Shown here: positions 50,923 to 61,507 of the stretch, one piece after another
Layout of the letters: every line of letters starts with the position of its first letter
Position numbering within the stretch: the stretch's first letter is position 1
NCBI GenBank assembly: GCA_040285745.1
Contig: JAUFOR010000002.1
Location: 1,178,001-1,242,000 of the forward strand
Direction: 5' to 3'
DNA: 64,000 nucleotides
Source: Barthelona sp. PCE
Lineage: Eukaryota
Translations under genes and position numbers: made by a program
The notes under the pieces: model-generated
Databases searched by the model: none
What the model saw: the letters and a program-made list of their open reading frames with translations, nothing else
What the model was told of the DNA's origin: nothing

Positions 50923-53415
50923 TTATTCAGCTGCTTGATCAAGGTTTCTTTTATGTAGAATCACTTCTTTCTTCAAATCATGATTAGAAAGAGGAAGCAA
51001 TCGCTCTATCTCTAGAATATCACTTTTTCGATCATCAGCATAAAGCACACTAATAAAGTGACAAAGTGCTGGTTCATAATCCTTACTCAAGAGTACTGCT
51101 CTTAGACGTATAATTAACAGACCATAACTGCATTTTCCTTGAACACAATGTCGAAATAATGAAAAAATATCGCGAATAACTGTTTGAGGAATACGCACTC
51201 TAAAAAAATCCATTACTTGCTTATTACGCCGTTCTTTACCCATCTTTACGAGATTTGCTTTGATACGTGATGATATATCACTGCCTCCTACATGCATGGG
51301 GTGTGAAGCATTGGAAAATGATGTGCGTAAAACTTGTTTTTTCGCCAACAATCCTTCATTTTGTTTCCTTCGATGCTTTGCTGCAACACGACGACGTGCT
51401 ACTTTTGAAAGAAATGAAGAAAACTGTTCAAAATCTGGCAGATCATTTGCCCAACTGTTCAGATCAGTAATCATTTGTGCTGCAGTGTGTGTTCGGATGT
51501 TCTGGGATATCCAAAGTGATAATCTACCTGTAAGGTTGCTATATCTTTGATCCAAGAGGATGATGTATGCATAGTCGTTGATATGTCTCAAAACACGTCC
51601 ACATGCCTGATTCACAGCTGTTATCGCAGTTTCCTGATACCATTGGGCACCTAAACCTCTTCTTCGTTCTTCTAAAAATTGTTTGCGAATATTAACATAT
51701 GGATCGTGTAACGAAACGTAAGGTACTCCAACAATGACAGCTATACGGCCTAGCTCATCTTTGAAATCAATTCCTTCACTGAGACGACCACGCATAACTG
51801 TAAATAGTGTTGTACGACCATGCTCCAAGATCATTCCAGCAAAATCTGAAGCTACATCATCAGAATTATCAAACATATGGGGGATGCTCTTGCCTGCGAG
51901 TGTTTTGGCAGCAAATTTTTTAAAAACTTCAAGAAAAGCATAACTTGGAAAAAAGAATAAAATACCACCACGACCTCTTTTATCGATATTAATAACGTTG
52001 TCCAATAACGCATTTAAATACTCTGGCTTGTTTCTATTAGCATACACACCTCTCAGCACAGGATTCGAAACAACACTAACTCCAAACTGGTTTTTTGGTA
52101 CAACATGTGAAGCGCGGAATTGTGTACGGAATTTAAGGTTATAAGATGACTCCAGCACATCAAAGTTGCCCAAAGTTCCTGAAATAAGTACCAAATGAGT
52201 GTTTTTTGATTGCAATATTCCTAGACGGTGGAGAGCAACACTGGGTGCAAAACACCAAAGTTTTAACAATCTTCCTTTCTCTCGATCTGCGTGATCCGGC
52301 TCCATTACAACGATTTTAAATGCATCAGAAAGTAGCTCATGAGTCTTTTCAAATTTCCTTAAAAAATCACTCAACTGTTCCAGAAATACTGCACCAATAT
52401 CATTCAATGCAACCTGTTCTCCGAGATGTCCTTGCATGAATCCTCTTATTGTATCAGCAAAAATTTCAAATTGTGAAATCGAAAGTCCGCATTTTGCAAA
52501 CATTTCCATGAATGCTTCAGGAGGCAATAGAACAAAATTCTTACCTTTGGGGATCTCAATGTTTTGAATTTCAATGTATAACACCATTAAAAATTTAATA
52601 AGTTGTAAAACAAACTCCTTTTTATCCTCACTTTTCGTAAATCGATCATCACTTAAAATTGCAGCTGCAGCCTGTGTATAAGCACTATAAATAACAATAC
52701 TTTCATTTGAAATACATGTATCCTCGAAATTATGTGCCTCATCAATAACAACAATTGAATTCGTCATTATTTCACTCTCAGACCGTAGTAAATAATTATA
52801 AGGAGACAATACAAGATCTGTATTACCAAATACGCTCTGAGAAAAATAATATGGACACATTCCTTCTTCTCGACATTGAGTCTTCATATCTTCAATATCC
52901 GTACACGACATCGGAGTCAATGAACGTGCTTGTACAGTTCCTCTGAAAAAATTACAATTATTCACGTTGCAGAACTGATTAATGGTGTATTCACTACGTT
53001 TTGGGACGTTTGAGTTGATACACATGCGCTTCTTACTGGCCAAAACACACACAGAAGGGCTGTATGGTAATTTTGAAAGTTCCTTAATAGTTTGATCAAG
53101 TTGTGTATGTGTTCGTGCTGCAAAAACAATCTTCACGGGAATTTTGTGATTGTATACACTGCTATCGACCTTGTCTACTCGGCGAGGTATGTTGTCTCGG
53201 CGAGCTAGTGAGTCTTGTACAGCTAGAAGGGATGATAACACACATAGTGTTTTTCCTGTTCCTGTTGGAGATTCTAATGCAACATGGTGGCCCCGGCTCA
53301 CTCCTGTAACAAGTGATTGTATGAACTCTTCCTGTTGTGGGTAGGGTTTAAAGGGAAATTCTACAACAACTTGACCCACCGTAATTCTGTGGAATGTGTT
53401 TGCATTTTCGCTCAT
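50923..53415 (-). CDS. XPD-family Fe-S DNA helicase, RTEL1/FANCJ-like
   Basis: FPFKPYPQQ, LESPTGTGKTL, RTHTQL, Fe-S cysteines, CPYY, IDEAHN, SGTL, FFPSY, GRLSEGIDF, NQACGRVLRH. Confidence 0.93.
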   Translation of the reverse strand: MSENANTFHRITVGQVVVEFPFKPYPQQEEFIQSLVTGVSRGHHVALESPTGTGKTLCVLSSLLAVQDSLARRDNIPRRVDKVDSSVYNHKIPVKIVFAARTHTQLDQTIKELSKLPYSPSVCVLASKKRMCINSNVPKRSEYTINQFCNVNNCNFFRGTVQARSLTPMSCTDIEDMKTQCREEGMCPYYFSQSVFGNTDLVLSPYNYLLRSESEIMTNSIVVIDEAHNFEDTCISNESIVIYSAYTQAAAAILSDDRFTKSEDKKEFVLQLIKFLMVLYIEIQNIEIPKGKNFVLLPPEAFMEMFAKCGLSISQFEIFADTIRGFMQGHLGEQVALNDIGAVFLEQLSDFLRKFEKTHELLSDAFKIVVMEPDHADREKGRLLKLWCFAPSVALHRLGILQSKNTHLVLISGTLGNFDVLESSYNLKFRTQFRASHVVPKNQFGVSVVSNPVLRGVYANRNKPEYLNALLDNVINIDKRGRGGILFFFPSYAFLEVFKKFAAKTLAGKSIPHMFDNSDDVASDFAGMILEHGRTTLFTVMRGRLSEGIDFKDELGRIAVIVGVPYVSLHDPYVNIRKQFLEERRRGLGAQWYQETAITAVNQACGRVLRHINDYAYIILLDQRYSNLTGRLSLWISQNIRTHTAAQMITDLNSWANDLPDFEQFSSFLSKVARRRVAAKHRRKQNEGLLAKKQVLRTSFSNASHPMHVGGSDISSRIKANLVKMGKERRNKQVMDFFRVRIPQTVIRDIFSLFRHCVQGKCSYGLLIIRLRAVLLSKDYEPALCHFISVLYADDRKSDILEIERLLPLSNHDLKKEVILHKRNLDQAAE

Positions 53416-53623
53416 ATTACCTGAAATAAGTGCCCATGTACAAACAAAAGTGTACAGAAAAGGAATACAACGCAATTATAGCGATTTTCTTCTGTATAGA
53501 TTTTTTATTCCTCTTTACTTTTTAAACAAGTGTCAATTCTGATTGACACATCCACCAAAAGTGCCACTGTATAACTAGATTAAAAAAGGGGTTGTGGTTT
53601 TTTTTTTTCCTTTTTCAAAAGCA

Positions 53624-54202
53624 ATGGGGTTGCAACCGTTTCATAATCATACTGAGATTATTCGGGAGGCGCTGAATTTCTGTTTAAACTTGGAAGAAAG
53701 CATTTTTTTGGAAGAGTTCCTACTCTATTCTAAACACGTTTCTTGGGTTCTTAGAGGATTTAATTCGGGCTTTTTAAACTTTATAGCTCAGGACATTTTA
53801 GGAAACGTTGGGAAGATTCAGAGATCTTCAGAAAATCACAGAATTAATGATTTCGAACAACTAGTCCAGTTTGAACAAAGAGAAAACATAAGCAAACGGG
53901 ACGATTCTGCATATAGTGGGTCGATTTGGCTCAGTAGGGCACTTTTATTTTTTGTTAATTTTTTTGAATTACTGCTATCAAATAGAACACTTTCTTCATC
54001 AAAATCAGCACAGTATGTGTATAAGGACACACTTAAAACACATCATAACTTCTTTATTCGGAAAATTATTTCAGTTGGTATTAAAACTAGCATTCCATCT
54101 CGTAAAGATATTTTAAGTTATTTTAAGAACGACGAGGACGCTATTTTTCTCTTGGTTGATGTTGGAAAACGCGTTATTGATAAATTAGAGCTTGTAAATT
54201 AA
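53624..54202 (+). CDS. Glycolipid transfer protein (GLTP) family
   Basis: DILGN, SGSIWLSRALLF, YKDTLKTHHNFFIRK, PSR. Confidence 0.85.
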   Translation: MGLQPFHNHTEIIREALNFCLNLEESIFLEEFLLYSKHVSWVLRGFNSGFLNFIAQDILGNVGKIQRSSENHRINDFEQLVQFEQRENISKRDDSAYSGSIWLSRALLFFVNFFELLLSNRTLSSSKSAQYVYKDTLKTHHNFFIRKIISVGIKTSIPSRKDILSYFKNDEDAIFLLVDVGKRVIDKLELVN

Positions 54203-54226
54203 TTTTTCACCAAATTCACATAGTTT

Positions 54227-55225
54227 ATGGGTTCTTTCACAAATTTTTTGTTAATTAGAGAGTCTGAAGATAGCGGGGTTGAATGGAAGGTTGTTTTTTC
54301 ATACATTTTTGTTTTGTCGAGTTATTTCCTCATGTTTGATCCATTCACACAATTCAGTATTGTCATACCACTCATAATGATTACCCTTCTTGTTACAGCC
54401 ATTTACTTGAAGTCCGGACAGTATATTCGCAACTTTGAGAATGAAGGAGAAATGCGCGAATCTCTTTATATTACTACACCTTCAATTATCACCAAGTTGC
54501 TGAACAAGATTGGCCTTGGTGATGAAAGTGAAGGTATTTTCCGTTGGGAACCAACTAAACCAGCAATTGTAATGTTTGCTTTTTGTAACCCTGCACTAAT
54601 TTTATTTTTCATTTCATTCCGTCACTTATGGCACATGCGACTGTCTGGCGTCATGAGATTTAGTGAATATACATTTTTATTTGGGTTTGCATTCTTTTTT
54701 GGTGTAATAGTTTTACTTTTACATTCTAAATTAAGTTCTACTATTACAGCTACTAACTTCCAATATGATTCGTGCGTCGATATTGAAAGAAATTACTACA
54801 TTGAACAGTTAAATGATAAAGAAAGAGATGTTATCAGATTGAATTCAAATGTTCGTAAATTATCACAATTTATTAAACGTTTAAAGCTCAAGGACAGAGT
54901 TATTGAGGAAGAAGGTGAAGAAGAATTTCCAGTTGTTGAAGAAAAAAGAATAATTACTAAAACGCCTGCTGATCGTAATAGATTCGGTCCTACATTGGTT
55001 GCTACAGCTAAACAACGCAAACAAAGGCCCCGTAAAGTGAAGCATGTTGAGCAAGAGGAAGTTGTTGAAGAAGAAGACAGTATGGAAGTTGAAGAAGTAA
55101 TTGATTCACTCGATACGAACATTCCCAGTAAGACAGAGGATTCTCCTTACAACCGTCTGCCAAAAGGCTTTTCAATGATGAAGAAGTCTCAAAATAAGCC
55201 AAGATTTGGAATTTTCAAAAAATAG
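54227..55225 (+). CDS. Membrane protein with coiled coil, possibly Nur1/Mug154 (DUF2418)-like
   Basis: TM segments; Y..F and WEP...MFAFCNP pattern; basic/acidic tail. The start could be 54332. Confidence 0.45.
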   Translation: MGSFTNFLLIRESEDSGVEWKVVFSYIFVLSSYFLMFDPFTQFSIVIPLIMITLLVTAIYLKSGQYIRNFENEGEMRESLYITTPSIITKLLNKIGLGDESEGIFRWEPTKPAIVMFAFCNPALILFFISFRHLWHMRLSGVMRFSEYTFLFGFAFFFGVIVLLLHSKLSSTITATNFQYDSCVDIERNYYIEQLNDKERDVIRLNSNVRKLSQFIKRLKLKDRVIEEEGEEEFPVVEEKRIITKTPADRNRFGPTLVATAKQRKQRPRKVKHVEQEEVVEEEDSMEVEEVIDSLDTNIPSKTEDSPYNRLPKGFSMMKKSQNKPRFGIFKK

Positions 55226-55230
55226 AATCG

Positions 55231-58200
55231 GGATTCAAATTGTTTCCAGTCTAAAATTTCAGTGCAGACAGTAAAGAAATCCATTTAAATTGCAGAACAT
55301 ATAAGGTTGGTATAAATTTCGTTTGAGGGTGAGTCATAAAAAAATTGCGCAAATGATTTTTGATCTTTTATCACTTTTCTACACAGCTTATTAATCGATT
55401 TTTGATGGAAGATTTACCTAAACTAACTGGTAATTACATTAACTTTCTCAAAATAGACTTTTCAAGCTATATCCAAGATTATTATGCTAATAATCTTCTG
55501 ACAAAAGAAAAGATAGATGTTGACCGTTGCTCATCTATTTTATACAATGCTTTGACACGATTGGGTACGTCTGGGCTTGAACCAATTCAAAACGTTATTC
55601 TCACAGTTCTGACATCTCAGCGTAAAAATATCAACCGTAATACCTCCAAACCACAGATTCCTAATGACTCATGTTGTATTTTTGCAACTCAAAAACGTGC
55701 TTTTGAAAATGCTTGTGGATATTTTCACATCGATCCAGATGGTATTACAGAACTTCAGGATATGGTTGAAATGTTTGTCTCTACTGTCAAAGACAACATA
55801 ATAGCATTTGGAGAATTTTGTTATGATGTGGATAATAACCGAATCAAATATATTGCAAAGTATCCTGCAACCATGGGTATCTTTCGTTTATGTGACCGTT
55901 TTAGCTGCTGTGGAGAATATGTAATGCCCGAACTACGTGAAACATTTGAAAATTTTTTAAAGCAGGGTTCTAAAGGAAACTTGATGAAAGAGGATTTCAC
56001 TCCATTTTTCACAAATTATAGGCGAACAATGCACACCGCAGGTAAGAAGATAATTCATTTTTACCCTTTGAGTTCAGAAATTTCGGTTTGTAAGGAAACA
56101 TACAGGCAGATTTATCTTGTACCAAAGAATATTACCCCTAAGCTTATTCCGGAAGGGTGCCCCGATTCGTGGCCGAAGAAGAATTCAATTTCAATCAAAG
56201 GTATAACAACTTATGGGGAAAATCAAGAGCAAGCCCAATACCTAACAGTGTTAATGTGGTTATCAACATGTAAGTATTCCCAAGTAACACCACCTACATA
56301 TGTTACTGAAATACTTGCATCATTAAATGATAGTAAGATGAATCTTCTCAAATTCAGGAACTCATCTGCAAAATTTTGTGCTGACTATCTGAGCTTTTCA
56401 AAGTTGCAAACTGGGGTATTAAATTTATCTCCGTCAAACAGACAAACAACGTTTTTAAAATATCCTTATGTTTTGGAGCAAGCCCACCATGTAATTAAAA
56501 AGTCTATTTGCAACCATTTGAGAAGAAGTTCCAAAAAAGCAGTTCTAATGATCGACAAGTGGTCGACAAACAAAGAAAAAAATAGTGTGCTTGCAATTCT
56601 CTTGAAGGTACCTCATGAGATTGATGATCTGACTCTACCTGAATGGGTGCATAGTGGAGTGTTTTTGTGGCAGGTTTCAGATAAAAAGCAACATATTATC
56701 AAGAAGCGGTCAGTTGATTTTGGAAATATGATTTCTGAACGTTTGAGGGGCAAGTGGATTTTACTAGACCTTTACACAGAGATTGGAAGAAAATCTTATG
56801 ATGTTTTTTTTGCATTGCTCACTACTTTGCTTCGTTTTCGTCTTCATGAAATACCTATTTCATTTCAAGCTGACCGTGGAAAAGTGGAGCGTAAAGCACT
56901 TTCACTTTTATTGGAGCATTTAGAAGGTAAATCAACAAAAGATACCATTAAGTTTATTGAGAACAAGATAGATTCCATTGCCTGGCAATTTACAACCGAT
57001 GAAGAGTTGTTCTGTGAGTTCTTCACTGCTCATGACTTTTATTTTCATATGAAACGACTTAACTCAACTTTTGAAGATCTCCGCAATTCATATTTGAAGA
57101 AGATGTTTTACAATTGGTATCAAAATGATTGTTATTCTACAACTTCAGCACACGGTTTAAAAATGTATTCGTGTGCATTTTATATGTTATCAAATTTTCT
57201 AAGAACTTTCTTTCCTACTTTACAGCAAACTATCAAAGTTCATCAAAGAGGTTGTGTTCTTGGTAAGTTTAACAAGTTGTTTGATACATTTTTCAATCAA
57301 TTTAAGTTAAGAGTAGAAAATTTCGTTTTTCTTCACAAAGATAATATGTTTTTAGAGGATGTGTTTGAATTATTCAAGAAAGAATATTGTTTTGCATTAG
57401 AAAAAGACGGAATTAATTGCTCAATGATGGTTACGAAGAAAATGTTCAAAACTTTGATGAAAGGAGGTGTGTCTAACAACATAGTTGAGAATTACAGTGA
57501 GAGGCATTTCGATATTGCATTCGAAGCACTTCAGGAAGATGAAAACGTGATGAATGAATTCGAGGAATGGAGAAAATCCCGTGTTGTTAGTTTTACTTTC
57601 GAAGATATCAAAGATCATTTCAAACAATGTTTTGTTAAGCTTAATGAATTGTATCACGAAGGATTGGCCTTTGTGAGGTCATGGAGACATCTTTACGGTA
57701 AAGCAATGGTTGTTTTCAAAATTCTTTTTGAGGAAGCCTATGGAAAGGGTGATGCGTATTTAAGAGATAACAGCGCCAAGGCATTTGCCATATGTGAGAT
57801 TTTCAAGACCATAAAGATATTTATTACCACAGAAGGGTGTGATCATCATAATATCATCAGGGATATGTTTGAAAATGAAGAGATTTCTCTATTGCTGTTC
57901 TTTTGTGATGTTATTGAGGGTTTGAAGGCTATAATGACCACTATAGAAGCTGATGACTATCGCATGGTGGATGCAGGAAAGCTTATTGCAAGGTTTGTGT
58001 TGATGCTCAGAAATAAGAATTTAATTGAATACGTTGACATTGAGACTGCGACAACCATCAAAGGTGAATGTAGATATAAGGGCAACATGAAAGCATACTT
58101 TGAAGATACAGTGCCTAAAAAAGTTCTAACCAGAAAAGATGAAGAAAGACAGCCTGACACAGATAGCGACAATGAGAGAAGAATGTCAAGCGGATATGAT

Positions 58201-59136
58201 CATAAAATAGGAGCATGTGCTGAATGCTATAACGACAAAGATTTTGCTATTGAGTACAATTACAATCCACCCCACTTTAGCTCTGACACTGATTTAGAGA
58301 CTATTGACAGGCTCAATAGGGTTAGAAATTTGTTTAATTCATGTTTAATGCACTGTATTAGCAGATGTATGAATGAATATGACTTTACAGGAACGATTGT
58401 GTCTCCCATACCTTATTCTTTCTTTTACATTGGTTCTAAGCTTTCAAATGTTATGAAAGAAAGTATGTTATGGAATTCGTCGAGAGTATATGATGTTCCG
58501 GCAACAACTTGCCCTGTTGAACGTTTTTTTTCTCAGGCTAGCATTAGAGAGATGAAATCTGGACATTCTTCCCATTTTTCAACTCGTGTTATGAAGATGA
58601 AGCTGCATCGCTCACTTCCATACATTCTTATTAGAGATGATGTATCCACCACTGTTTTAGATGAATTTGTTGACGTTAATAGATTCAAATGGGAGCTCTT
58701 GCAGCGACGCAGAAGCGAAAAAGAGGAAGAAGATGTTGATCAACCTCCTGTTAAACTGCAAAGAAAGGAAGATTTTGATGATTTTGAAGAAGATGTTTCT
58801 GACATTTCAGATTCTTAAAATGATGATTCAATTTGTGAAGATGATAATATTTTTGGAATATACACCTATTCAGAATCCGAATAGTCTACTCTTAAATAGT
58901 ATTTTTGAATAATTGTATAAATGAATATTTTTGACGTTCTAATTATGACTATGTATTATGCACATGTGTGCTATTTTATGTATATTGACAGAAAACACGG
59001 GAGTAAACATATTATTATATTTTTTTGATAAGTAGAAATTTTCTCACTTTCCCTCTATTTTTCACATTCAATGTAAGGCGCTGGTGCTCCTCCCTAAATT
59101 TTGAATTTATTACCTTCTACGGCAAAATTTGAATCC
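55231..59136 (+). mobile_element. Putative hAT-like DNA transposon bounded by an 11-bp inverted repeat
   Basis: GGATTCAAATT (55231-41) and AATTTGAATCC (59126-36) flank the transposase; no exact 8-bp target-site duplication (TSD). Confidence 0.4.
55405..58818 (+). CDS. hAT-superfamily DDE transposase-like protein (~1137 aa)
   Basis: First Asp in LMIDKWST, second Asp in QADRG, possible xxxH motif (TSAH), C-terminal VPATTCPVERFFS with the catalytic Glu. Confidence 0.8.
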   Translation: MEDLPKLTGNYINFLKIDFSSYIQDYYANNLLTKEKIDVDRCSSILYNALTRLGTSGLEPIQNVILTVLTSQRKNINRNTSKPQIPNDSCCIFATQKRAFENACGYFHIDPDGITELQDMVEMFVSTVKDNIIAFGEFCYDVDNNRIKYIAKYPATMGIFRLCDRFSCCGEYVMPELRETFENFLKQGSKGNLMKEDFTPFFTNYRRTMHTAGKKIIHFYPLSSEISVCKETYRQIYLVPKNITPKLIPEGCPDSWPKKNSISIKGITTYGENQEQAQYLTVLMWLSTCKYSQVTPPTYVTEILASLNDSKMNLLKFRNSSAKFCADYLSFSKLQTGVLNLSPSNRQTTFLKYPYVLEQAHHVIKKSICNHLRRSSKKAVLMIDKWSTNKEKNSVLAILLKVPHEIDDLTLPEWVHSGVFLWQVSDKKQHIIKKRSVDFGNMISERLRGKWILLDLYTEIGRKSYDVFFALLTTLLRFRLHEIPISFQADRGKVERKALSLLLEHLEGKSTKDTIKFIENKIDSIAWQFTTDEELFCEFFTAHDFYFHMKRLNSTFEDLRNSYLKKMFYNWYQNDCYSTTSAHGLKMYSCAFYMLSNFLRTFFPTLQQTIKVHQRGCVLGKFNKLFDTFFNQFKLRVENFVFLHKDNMFLEDVFELFKKEYCFALEKDGINCSMMVTKKMFKTLMKGGVSNNIVENYSERHFDIAFEALQEDENVMNEFEEWRKSRVVSFTFEDIKDHFKQCFVKLNELYHEGLAFVRSWRHLYGKAMVVFKILFEEAYGKGDAYLRDNSAKAFAICEIFKTIKIFITTEGCDHHNIIRDMFENEEISLLLFFCDVIEGLKAIMTTIEADDYRMVDAGKLIARFVLMLRNKNLIEYVDIETATTIKGECRYKGNMKAYFEDTVPKKVLTRKDEERQPDTDSDNERRMSSGYDHKIGACAECYNDKDFAIEYNYNPPHFSSDTDLETIDRLNRVRNLFNSCLMHCISRCMNEYDFTGTIVSPIPYSFFYIGSKLSNVMKESMLWNSSRVYDVPATTCPVERFFSQASIREMKSGHSSHFSTRVMKMKLHRSLPYILIRDDVSTTVLDEFVDVNRFKWELLQRRRSEKEEEDVDQPPVKLQRKEDFDDFEEDVSDISDS

Positions 59137-59166
59137 TAAATCTGTAAAATCATTTTCTTCCTTTTT

Positions 59167-61482
59167 ATGTTTAAGAAACGCCGAAAAAGGGGCAAAGTCA
59201 ATGGAGAGGGCAAAGTTGATGAAAAAAATTCAATAGTGTTGTCTAGTTGTGATACTAACATTGGTTTTAGTGATATACCGGTCGATGTATTTGCCCAAGG
59301 GCTGAAAAAAGCACAGCGTGTTGATGTGAGTGTATCTAAAAAGCCTAAACTGAGTAAGGAAGCATTATTTGCAAATTTAAACCCTATAGCTGGGGATTTT
59401 GTTTTTGAAGACGGTCAGAATGATGAGATTCTCTTCTATCCCGTTGATGACCTTGTCAAGTCTACCACGAAGGAGCAACGAGTATCATTTATTTCTGATA
59501 TTGACCTCGGTTTTTTTGATACAATCAAAGAGGGTAGTGAAGCGGTTGAAAAGGCCATGTCTGAGGACAGAGAAGTACGAAAAGCAACCATATTAAAGAA
59601 TACATTGAAAACGACAAAAAGAAATTTTTCAGATCATCTTCCTATTGATGCGTTCAGGGATCATATTATTGATCTTGTTAAAAGAAACCAAGTTACAATC
59701 ATCACAGCCCAAACAGGTAGTGGAAAATCTACTAGATTACCTGTTTTCCTAGCTGCATCATTCTGTGACAGTGTCGTTTGCACTCAACCTAGACGTGTTG
59801 CATGTATTTCTCTCGCACGACATGTAAGGAACACGATGGAGAGCAGCGGTATGCCATACGAGGTAAGGCATGCTGTGCGCTTTGATGACCAGACTACTCC
59901 AAGGACGAATATTTCTTACATGACAGATGGATTACTGCTGAAACATATGGAGGCGGACATAGATCTGTCACAATACGATGCAGTAATCATCGACGAAGCA
60001 CATGAGCGCTCAGTCAACACAGATTTACTGGTATCCCTATTAGGTCAACTCATTGGCAGGAATTCTGAGCTTCGGGTAATAATAACTTCTGCGACTGCTG
60101 ACGTTGAGCTTTACAAAGGTTACTTCCCAGAGGCACCTGTTGTTGACGTACCAGGACGACTTTATACCATAGAAGAACGATTTTCTGAAGTTATTTTCCC
60201 AGATTACGTTGTTGCAGCTGCTCAGCAAGCTATAGAATTGCATAAAGAGGAAAAAACAGGTCATATATTGTGTTTTTTACCAGGTCAAGCTGAAATAGAA
60301 ACTGCAGTTTCTTTGTGTGAAGATCACATTGAAAGAGAGGTAAAAACAAACCCTCAGTTTGTAACACCGTTTGTACTGCCTTTGTACGGTGGACTACGGC
60401 CCGAGGAGCAGCAAAAGGTGCTAATCAATACACAAAGAAGGAAAATAATTTTCACAACAAACCTCGCTGAAACATCACTCACTATTCCTGAAGTAACCAC
60501 GGTGATTGACAGTGGGACAATGCGTGTTTCTTCATATTCTTCTTCATTAGGTGTTCAATCGCTGTTAACTGTTCCTGCATCACGAGCTATATGTACACAA
60601 AGAGCAGGTCGTGCTGGAAGAACACGTGCTGGTGTGTGCATTCACATGTTCCCCAAGCGCGTGTTCCAATTAGAACTTTTATCGCAAGTTCCACCTGAAA
60701 TTTTGAGATGCGACATATGTGATGTGGTATTACGTCTTCTTTCGCTTAGCGTTGACCCCCTAAAGTTCAATTACGTCACATCTCCGATAAGAGCTAATCT
60801 ACAACGCGCGATTGCAGAACTAACTCTTGTTGGAGCACTTCACAATGGTTTACTCACACCGTTAGGCGAGGAGATATCACGTTTCCCACTCAATCCACTG
60901 GATGCACGCTTACTTGTGGTTGGAAAGCATTTGGGAGTGGGTGAGGAGATGGCCATAATTATTGCTTTATCAACAACAGGAAGATTTACATTATCAGAGA
61001 AGGCTATTTCTCGCTTTTACACTGAATCAAGTGATCACCTAACACTCATAAAGTGCTTTGAATCATATGAGGTGATTGGTAGTGAAAGAGAACGTAAGCA
61101 ATGGGCGTCTCATATTGATCTGCCATTCGGTGCACTGGAAACAGCTAAAAGTATTAAAGATCAGCTGGTAAGGTTGATGAGACTATCCAGACAACCTTTT
61201 GTGACTGAATTACACCGGGAAATGCTTGTCAAACAGGCATTGGCTGTCGGTATGTTCACAAAAGCTGCGAGAATTAAAAGCACGAACGTTTACATCGCAT
61301 ACAGATCAATGTTAGAATGTGAAATTGCGAGAAATAGCGTAGTTAATGGATCTTCACCTAAGTATATTGTTTACAACAAGCTTCTCGTCACTGCCAAACG
61401 CAAAACATTACATATAATCACCGAAGTCCATCCCCATTGGTTAGATTCAGCCACAGATATGTACCGCTTGCTTAAAATTTAA
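59167..61482 (+). CDS. Spliceosomal DEAH-box RNA helicase (Prp16/Prp22-like)
   Basis: QTGSGKST, TQPRRVA, YMTDG, IIDEAHERS, TSAT, TNLAETSLTI, QRAGRAGR, HA2 domain SDHLTL. Confidence 0.92.
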   Translation: MFKKRRKRGKVNGEGKVDEKNSIVLSSCDTNIGFSDIPVDVFAQGLKKAQRVDVSVSKKPKLSKEALFANLNPIAGDFVFEDGQNDEILFYPVDDLVKSTTKEQRVSFISDIDLGFFDTIKEGSEAVEKAMSEDREVRKATILKNTLKTTKRNFSDHLPIDAFRDHIIDLVKRNQVTIITAQTGSGKSTRLPVFLAASFCDSVVCTQPRRVACISLARHVRNTMESSGMPYEVRHAVRFDDQTTPRTNISYMTDGLLLKHMEADIDLSQYDAVIIDEAHERSVNTDLLVSLLGQLIGRNSELRVIITSATADVELYKGYFPEAPVVDVPGRLYTIEERFSEVIFPDYVVAAAQQAIELHKEEKTGHILCFLPGQAEIETAVSLCEDHIEREVKTNPQFVTPFVLPLYGGLRPEEQQKVLINTQRRKIIFTTNLAETSLTIPEVTTVIDSGTMRVSSYSSSLGVQSLLTVPASRAICTQRAGRAGRTRAGVCIHMFPKRVFQLELLSQVPPEILRCDICDVVLRLLSLSVDPLKFNYVTSPIRANLQRAIAELTLVGALHNGLLTPLGEEISRFPLNPLDARLLVVGKHLGVGEEMAIIIALSTTGRFTLSEKAISRFYTESSDHLTLIKCFESYEVIGSERERKQWASHIDLPFGALETAKSIKDQLVRLMRLSRQPFVTELHREMLVKQALAVGMFTKAARIKSTNVYIAYRSMLECEIARNSVVNGSSPKYIVYNKLLVTAKRKTLHIITEVHPHWLDSATDMYRLLKI

Positions 61483-61507
61483 ACAACTGCAATAAAAACA
61501 ATGCAAT

